DNA of 60,640 bases. It comes from a virus (Duplodnaviria > Caudoviricetes). Positions 46,344 to 55,300 of this stretch are shown here, in pieces. The notes beneath the pieces were generated by a model. It was not told the DNA's origin. It saw only the letters and a list, made by a program, of their open reading frames with translations, and searched no databases. Made by a program: the position numbers and the translations under genes. Position 1 is the first letter of the stretch; each line of letters begins with the position of its first letter. The stretch covers positions 1-60,640 of IMG/VR virus record IMGVR_UViG_3300036774_000032; one strand, written 5' to 3'.

Positions 46344-49300
46344 TCACTTCCGACCCCGCATCTGCCGCGGGGGCGTCTCCCGTTCCCCGATAAACCGCAA
46401 GACATCGGTCGCCAATTTGATCTTCGCCTCTTGGACCGTGTCGATCTTCTGCTGGCGCTCCTCGGGCGTGAGGTTCGGCGCATTCCGGATACTGTTCTGC
46501 TGCTGGCCCAGTTTGCTCATCTCCCGGGCCGCGTTCTCGAGCGACTTGGCCCGCTGCGCCTCCGGTCGGTTCTCTTGGATGTAGGCTGGCACCTCGCCCG
46601 CGCGTCCCGCTTCCTTGCTCATCTTCTTCGCGGTTCCCATGACTTCCCTCGACTTGGTCAGCGCATCGTAGAAGTCATTGATCGCCTGCGACTGGCCGGA
46701 GGGCGTGCGAGCGACGAAGCCGCCGACGATGGGCAGGTCAGCCGCCCCCTTGGCCGTCTTTGGACTCACGGATCCGCCGAGGGCTTCAAGGGCAACGTCC
46801 GAGAGCTTCACCAGTTCCCGGCCGAGTCCTCCTGTCATGCCTTCGACGAGGTGTTGTGTCTTCAACGGCGAGGCGAGCTGGCCGAGGAGCGGGACATCTC
46901 GCACGCCGCGAAGCATCCTGGAGGTCTTCTTATACGTTTCCGGCGTGTAGGCCGTGTACTGCTCCTCCGGCGCGAGCTTCTCCAGGAAGTCGGGGACAAT
47001 CGTCCGGTCGCGGAAGCTGTCATAGTTCGCGGCGTTCTCCCACAGCGGCACGATCCCCGAGACGCGGAAGGGGATGCTGAACCCCTGCGCGATCGACTTC
47101 CCGATCCGGTTCAGGGCCTCGGGGTGCTTGCTGGCCATCTTATCGAGCAGGATCTCGGCCAGCGTCCCAAACACCTGACCCCAAACGAACGGCTTCGGGA
47201 GAGGCACGATATAGTGGGTCCGCTCGTAGTCGGCGCGCTCCTTGGGCGACATCTTCTCCCAGGTCGCCGTGTCGATGGTTCCGTTGATCGGGATATTCCA
47301 GAAGTACACCCGTTCCCAATCTGGCAGGTCGCGGATGCGCGGGTCGTCCTTCGTCATGTACCAGAGGGCGGTAGAGATCGCCGTAATAACCATACCGCGG
47401 AGCAAGGTCTTGATTGGCCGGTCTTTCCAGGTCCGGAAGAACTTCCCGACAGCATTCACACCCGGGGCGAAGAACGGGACGGCCTGATTCACCACACTGG
47501 CGATCCGTCCCTGCTTGCGGAAGTCGAGCGTGGCCTCGGCGCCGCCCATGATCCCGGCCTGCTCCATCGCGCCCCGCGGGCTCATCCCTTCGGAGAGTGC
47601 CGATTCCCGGGCCCGCTCGAACTGTCCAAGGCGGGTCGCTTCCTCTCCGACGTGGGCGATGTAGTTCACGGTCGCCAGCGGATGTCGGGCCGCGAACAGA
47701 ATGCGCTTGGCGACGGTGGGATGCTTCATCAACTCGGCCATCGCCATGCGAACGGCGTCCTCGTTCATCGTGGCGTAGAGTCCGCCCTGCGCTCCGCCGG
47801 AGGCCAGGTAGCGCTTATACTCCGGTCCGCGCCGCATGACCTCCCTGATCGCCCAGGCCGTATCCGTGGGACGGTAGCCTCCGACCGACTGAACGAAGGC
47901 ATCCCACTGGTCGCGGAAGAGGTTATTGACGATCCACTTCGGGTTGGTCGTCACGCCGTACCGGAGCAGCGCCGTGAACGGCTTGAACATCGCGGCCAGG
48001 AAGTCCTTGGGCAATTCGCCGAGGGCGTTCAGGTACTCGTACACGTCGGGGTGGACGCGGAGGTACATCCGCTTGCCGTCGATCCAGGTGGCGACGGTGT
48101 TCGGGCCGGATTCCTTAACCTGCTCAAAGAGCATCCCCTTGCCCTCGGATTGCTGCTCGATGGCATAGAGCCGCCTGACGATCTCATTGCGCCACACGTC
48201 TCGAATGGCCTCACCCGTCCTCCGATAGATCACTTCCAACGGAGAGAGGATGTCCTCTGGTGATCCGCGATACCGCTTCAGTCGTTGCGGGGGCGCCGTG
48301 AGCTGTCGACCACGCCCGCGCAAATAGGGGAAGCCAGTCACGTCCTTAACCTTCTCGATCGGCGCGAAGTGCGGCCACGCTCCCGTGATGGCCTCATACG
48401 TTTCGGCGCTCATCAGCCCGGCGTCTCGTCGATACTGCTGGATCGCATCTTGGAAATCGTAGAGTCGCTCTGCGGCGTCGGCGAACGTTGGATACTTTGC
48501 TTCGGCTTCCCGGATCGCCTCACGCACCACCGCGGCCGTCACGCCGGATTTGCTTTCCCGGTCCGCAATCTCCTTGGTCTTTTGCATTTGCTCAAGGGCG
48601 GCCATGGCGGACGCGGCTTCATCTGCGGGGACTTCCTCCCCAGCCTGGCGCTTCGCCATGATGTCGTCGATGATTCCCTGGAGGACCCGCGCGGCCTTAT
48701 CGGCGTGCTTGAAGACGTCGTCGAGGCGACGTGCGGCCAGATAGCCGTCGAAGGCGGCAAGGTCTTGGTGGACGGGCTTCAGGATCTCCAAGAGCCCGGG
48801 CCCGGTCCGCTCGGCATCGGTTCCGTAGACGAGCGGCCCGTCCTGTAGGACGGTATCTACTACCGCGTCGACGTGGCGGAACATCCGAGCTGCGATGTAG
48901 GCCGACTGATCGGGCGACAGCTCGCGTCCCTCGACCATGGCCTGCTCGATGTCCCGGGCGATGATGTCCCGGTCTTCCCAATTCGCTACGAGTTTCCGCC
49001 AACGATCTTTCAGGGAGATCCGCGGAGCCTCGGCCCCAGAGGGGGCAATCCTTGAGAGCACCTTGGCAAGAGCGGGTTGCTCACGCCACATCTGGAGCCG
49101 ATTGCGCGCCGCCCCCATCGCGTCGAGGACGTCTGGCTCATACCGCCGCATGGCAGCCTCGAACGGCTCTAGGAAACCAGGAACCTTCTGCTCCAGGAGG
49201 TCGGGATTCTCAACGTACAGTCTGGAGAATTCCGCCAGCCCCTCGGCCAGATACCCGGACGCAGGCTTTCCGCGCCCGCGGTAGAGGTCGCGTCCCATCC

Positions 49301-52300
49301 CTTCTAGCTTCGCTTGCGCCTCGGTCGGTATAGACAGCCTCGGAATGACGGGGTCGAGGAGCTTCTTCTGAATCAAATGCCCGATCTCGTGGGCCAGGGC
49401 CTCCACGTCCGTCATGTTCTGGAGGCGGAAGACCTCCGGACGTCGGATGAAGGCTCCTCGGAGACTTCGCCGCGGCGTTCCCTGCCGAACCACCCGAGTC
49501 GACTCCTCGAGGCCACGGATGATGTCTGTCCGCTTGACGATGTCTGCCTCGTCGGCTGGGGAGGGCGAGCGGAAATTCGGCTGGGACGGGTCGGGCTGGC
49601 CCTGTGGCATGCCCTCGATTTCCGGGGCTGCGGCGGTCCCGCGCTCGACCGTCTGCTGCTTCGCGGGGAATCGTTGCAGGAACCGCCCCATGTTCTCGGG
49701 TTTGACGTGGAAGAAGTTGCCAGCGGGGGAGTAGGACGCGCCAGCCGGGGTGAGCTGGTCCCGGTCCGCCATCCGCGCGCCGTCGACCGTGATGAGTCCG
49801 TCGCGACGCTTGCGGAGGACATAGCCGCCCTTCCCTTCCAAGGGAATACGGTCTCCGGCGTTGAGGGCTTCAAGGACGGCCTCGGGCGTGTCGAGATTCT
49901 TGGTGATCGTCTTCCCGAACCGCTGGGCGATCGGGGAGATGGCGCCGTGGCGGATCTCCAGGCCGGAGATTTGCTCATTGGGCGATTGGAACGTCACGTA
50001 GCGGCGGACAGGAGCCGTTATGTTCGGATTCGACGATTGCGGAAGGTATGGCGCGATCTGCGTCATGTGGGGCGTGATAATGCCCTGGAGAATCCCGAAC
50101 TGCTGCCCGTGATCGTCCTTCACCTCGAACAACGTGAGGTCCGACCGCAGATCGGTTGTCCGAAGGACGTTCCCGCGGTAAGTCTTTGTCCGTTGCGCTG
50201 CCGAGGTCTCCCGCTCATCTTCCTCCTGGGCGGCGATGGCCTGCTCACGGTTGGCCCAGAAAGTGTCAAACGCTTGGTTGGCTGCGTCGGGGTGCATAAA
50301 CTGGAGGTCGAGCAGGAAGTCCCGCAACTCCGCGGCCTGCGGGATACTGCGCGTGTTCATTTCCGGATGATTCGGGTCGCGGAACTTTGACGAGAGGAAC
50401 TGTTCTTGAATCTCGACAGGTAAATCACGGTAGGCCACGCGCATGGCGTAGGTGTCCAGCGATCCCCCAAGTTCGAAGTCTGCCAGCTTGTCGTTGCTGG
50501 CAGATTCGGCCGATCCTTTGGAGAGCGCCCCCAGGTTCCGCATGCGGTTGGCGATCGTGGCGAGGAATTTCCGCTCACCGGAGAGCCCGGTCGAGAGGGC
50601 CGTGATCTTCGGCCCGGAGAGTTGACCCGATCGGTCGACGCGCCCCATCTCCTGCTTGAACGTCGTCGCGCTCCACTCGTAGTCGGTCTCGATGAAGTTG
50701 CGCCTCCCCTCGGCGCCCCCCGGGGTGCGGGTGACGTGGTGCAGGCTGATTCCGGTCTTGCCTGCGCCAGAGATGAAGGCGACCTTGCGCTTTCCCTCCT
50801 GGAATTCGCGGATCATCCGCTCGCGGTTTTTTGCCAGTACGTCTCCGGTGACAAGCGCCACGTTCTCTCGGCCGAACGCATCCAGTACCTTCTCGACCGG
50901 GCTCGGCACCGTCCGGATCTGCTCCCATTTCTCCAGGAGCTCGGCACGGGCCACCAAGGCTTCGGGGATTTCCTCGTCAACGACGATCTCGCCGGTGTCC
51001 GAATCCACCTCTCGCAGGCGGTCGTTGATCTGGTTGATCGCGGCCGGGATCGGCCCCTCCTGGAGTTTTCCCTCCTTCGTATTGATAACCGAAATCACCG
51101 GCTGCTCGCCGCGCGCCAGGGACGCCTTCGCCTCTGCGATGGCGTGATCGAGCCGGTAGTCGAACATCCGGCGCTTGGCTTCCATCTGGAAGAACGACCG
51201 CGGGCCGAAGCCTCGGATGGTCTTGTCGAAGGGGGCGAATTTCGACCAGGCCTGTGAAATGTCACGGATGAGGTTGGAAACCTGCTCGTATTCCTGGATC
51301 TGCTCTGGGTTGAGGAGGTTCGTCTGGACGTCGAATTCAACACCGGATCGCCAGAGGTCGACCGAGTCGTATTTCCCTTTCATCGCCAGTTCGCGCATAA
51401 TCTGCTCTTGCTCGGCTGGCGTGATGAAACTGGTGAACACGTCCCGGCGGGCGCGGCGACCTCCCCGACCTGGCTGCTGTGCGGTGACGCCAATCTCTCC
51501 GGAGTCGGAGCCCATCGACGGAACCTCTGGCGTCACCGTCCCGCCTAGTTCCTCGATCTTGCCGGTCAGAGCGCTAATCGCCTGCTCGTAGCGGTCGACC
51601 TGAGTCTCTCGACTGATGTAGGGGGCTCCGGGGTCAGAGAACCCGCGCCGGCTGAATTCCCAGATCGCGTCTTCTCCCCATCCCGCCTTCTTCGCTACCT
51701 CTTCAAAGCGGGTCTGGAGTCGTTTGAATTCTTCGGCCAGTTGCGCCGGGCTCGTGGCGCTCTCGACGGCCTGCCCGGTGACGCGCGCCTTGTAGTCAGC
51801 AAACCCACCCGGCGCCCACTCCCGCAGGCCGATCAGGGCCTCGAGGTCGTCGAAGTCCACGGCAGGCGTGGCAGTCAGGTAGAGGAATTTCCCCTTGCGG
51901 TCGAGGATCTGCCGTTGGATAGCGAGCCAGTTCTTCCCCACGCTGGAATCGTCGATGTTCTTGTAGAGATGGGCCTCATCCCCGACGACCGCATCAGGGC
52001 CAAGTCGCTGGATGGCGTCAGTGAAGGCGGAGAGGTTGTAGCGGTCGATGATGTATACGGACTTATCGACGACCGGAAGGGGTTGGATCTCGCGCCCGGG
52101 CTTCGCCTTGGAATCGGCGTACCGACTCACGTCGATGATTTCATACGGCCAGGGTCCGCCGACATAATCGTTCAACTGCTGCTTCACGTCCTCGATATTG
52201 ACTCGACCTGCGGTCACGTAGAGAATCCGGTTCGCCTGGCCGGTCTCCAGCCATTCCCCCATGACGCCCGCTGCGATACGGGTCTTCCCGACGCCCACGT

Positions 52301-55300
52301 CCGCGGCGCTCAGGAAACCGTGTCCCTGTTCATTCGCCTGGAGTGCCGGGACGATGCCGTAGTCCCATTGCTGGTCAGAGATGGATTTGCGGGCGGCGGC
52401 GGCCGGCAGGAGTTTCCCTTTGGGGTTGTACGTGAGTTCTGGCAGTCGGGCCCCAGCGAGGGACCGCGTCTTGACGATCAGTCGAGGGTGGGGGGAGTTT
52501 CCAGGGCTAGAGCGGAGTGGAGCAGGCGTAAAGATTCCACTACGTCGTGCGGCGTCAAACTCGGACTGGTCTGCGTAGCTGTACCGGAGGTCTTCCCCCG
52601 TCCGAGTGAGAGCAGGTTCCCCAACTCGTGCTTCAGGGTGTCGTACCGTTCCCGCTCCGACAGGATGTGATGGTCCTCCGGATGTTCCCGGGGCCACCAC
52701 ACCGGCACCAGGCTCTCCTGGTCGAAGTCCAGGAGTCCGTTCACCGCCAGTTCCTGCGCCTCCGGTTTCAGGCTGCCGTCCGGGTTCGCCAGGAGCGACA
52801 GGGCCGAGTGTGCTGGGCCGTGGGGCAGGGGCTTCTGGTCTCGGATGGGCGGGGCGTCCGGGGGCCGGTCGGACGGCAGGGACGGCCGCGGGGCGTTCGT
52901 GCGGGACGGCTCCGCCGACACGGGAGTGCGTTCCTCCACCGCTGAGCGGCTCGAGTGCGGCGGCGTACTCCTCCCACGAAGCTGGCGTCGCGCGGATCGG
53001 TTCAGGCGCATCGGGAATCCCCCCTTTATCCACCACGAGGATGACCGATTCTACATCCGTCCCCCTAGTAATATAGGCCCCAGGAGGCGATTTGACAAGG
53101 GCTCGTAATGTGAACCCTTCCCCGGGGGTCTTTTCAAAGCCGCGCTCGACTCCGCCTTGCAGGAACTTCAAAAACGGCGCGTCTTTAAGAATGGTCGTCG
53201 GCATGACGGAGACGATTCGTCCATTCGCAGGCAATTCCCGCATTTCCTTGGTGGTGAATCGCTCGGACCAGTCGACCGGCGTTCCCCAGGTCTGCGGGAT
53301 CGGCTTCCCGTACTTGCCCGTGGTGTATTTGCCCCATGGAGGATTCATCGTGACGACAGTCCCGGTACTGCCCACGCGCAGGGCGTCCTCCTGAGTCACG
53401 TCGTACCCTTGCAATCGGAGGGCTTCCGCGCGCCGGGGGTCAATCTCGTTGGCCTTGATCGGCGTGCCAGGAGGCAACGGCGCGAGGAGGTTTCCGGTTC
53501 CCGCCGTGGGTTCTGTCACGATGTCGCCGGGTTGCAGGTCGAGGGCATAGGCGGCGGCCACGCTGATCGGGAGTGGCGTTGAGAATTGCTGGCGTTGGCT
53601 GACTTCGATGGTGCGGAGTCGATTCGGGATCAGGCTCTCAATACGCTCTGCCTCGCCGATCCTCACACCGAGGGAGGACTCCCGTGGCAGAGAATCGAGG
53701 GCATTCTTCGCCTTCTTATTCAGCGCCACCTCGACCGCATCGAAAATGTCGTCCACGGCGGCTGGGTCTTGGCCGAGGCGTGCGGTGTCCTCGCCGAGTG
53801 TGGCGGCGGCCCGGGCGCGGAGTTCCCTTCCGTCCCTGGCGAAGTTGCGATTGGCGAGGTCCGTCTCGAACGACGCGACGAGTTTCTTCAGGCGGTCGGC
53901 GTGCTCGTAGGGAGATGGCCCCTCCGTTGTCAAGGGGGATTTGGCGATCAAATCTAAGTGATCCTGTATAACTTTCGGTGCATCCCACTCCTCAATCGTT
54001 TTTAGGGCCTCGGAATCTTCTCGGTCCCCACGATAGAATTCCGTCGGTCGACTACCTTCCCGAAACTGGAAGAGGATTCGGGTCAACTCGGCCATTGCCC
54101 GACGTGGTTCTCTCCCATGGAGGGATGTAATCGCTTCTTGGACGTTCTTCGGGACCTCCTCCCAGAGTTTCTCTTGTGCCTTCCAATAATCTCCTGGGGT
54201 GACATTGGCGTCTCGCCTGTGGATGATCTCCTCTTCCAATGCACTCTCTACCCATTTCGGACCATCCCCGCCCTTCGTGGTGATTTCGTCAGATAGTGAT
54301 TTCAGAGACTCCCTATCGTAAAAAATCTCTCGGGTATTCGGATTAACACCAAGCCCGTATCTTAGGGGCGGTTCAGATTTCGGCCATTCGCTAAAGATTC
54401 CCTTGTGTTCCTCTGTGAACCTGTCGATGATCTCATCGGTCTCGGTTCCGATTTCCTCCGCCGGTTTCTCCGCTGCCCGTCCTGGCAGGGGGCGGGGGGA
54501 GGGGGATTCTTCCTTCGTCCCAAATTGCGCGATTTCCTCCTGCGTCAGAAACTCCGTCCGCCCGTCCTTGTAAAGCAGCTCCGGGCCGAGAATGCCTTTG
54601 CCGAATCCCTGGCGGCCAGGAATGAGGCGAACCGGCTGCGTCAGTCGCATCCCACGCTCGAAGATGACCCGCGCCCCGTTCGCGTCCACGTAGACCGTTG
54701 ACCCATTTGGATTCGTGCCGAATTTCGTCAGGCCTGGGCGGTCGGGCTCTGGGGCCGGGGCTGGTGCGGCTTCCGCCTTCTCCTTGAATCCCATCCCCGC
54801 CAACCGGTCCACAATCCCCTTCAGTGCCCCTACTGACAGCCGATTCATCGGCGGCGGATCAGGCCGATTGCCGGTGACGTAGGAGAGCCATTCCGTTGCG
54901 TACTCTCGGAGGGGCAGGCTCGTAATCGACCGGATATAGGTCGTCGCGTTCGTGATCGCGGGGACCTTGTCGGCTTCAGTGAATCCGCCAGGAGGGGCGT
55001 TCTCCATGGGGGAGGGCTTCGGGGTCGTCCCCGGCTTTCCCCATCCCCCTGCCGACTCGACGTGCGCCAAGACGGCCTCGTCGGAATACTGCTGACCAGT
55101 GGATGCTTCCAGGTCAGATCGCAGGCGCTCGAATTGTTCTCCGCCGGGCTGGATCGGGGAGGGTTTCGGCTTCCTTCCTCGCAAGGTCCTCGGCGGCTTC
55201 ACCGGTTCCGGCCTCGGCCGTCCCACGCCCTGCGGATGCAGTTCGGTCTCGCCTTGCCACTTCGCCAACGTATCCCGCAGCAGATCGGCCTCGGCGGAAA

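Noticed and set aside
46431-48263. Long plus-strand ORFs (e.g. 610 aa here; also 19306-20406, 26118-27206, 49314-50390)
   Set aside because: They are antisense shadows of GC3-rich minus-strand genes, with no RBS or recognisable motifs.
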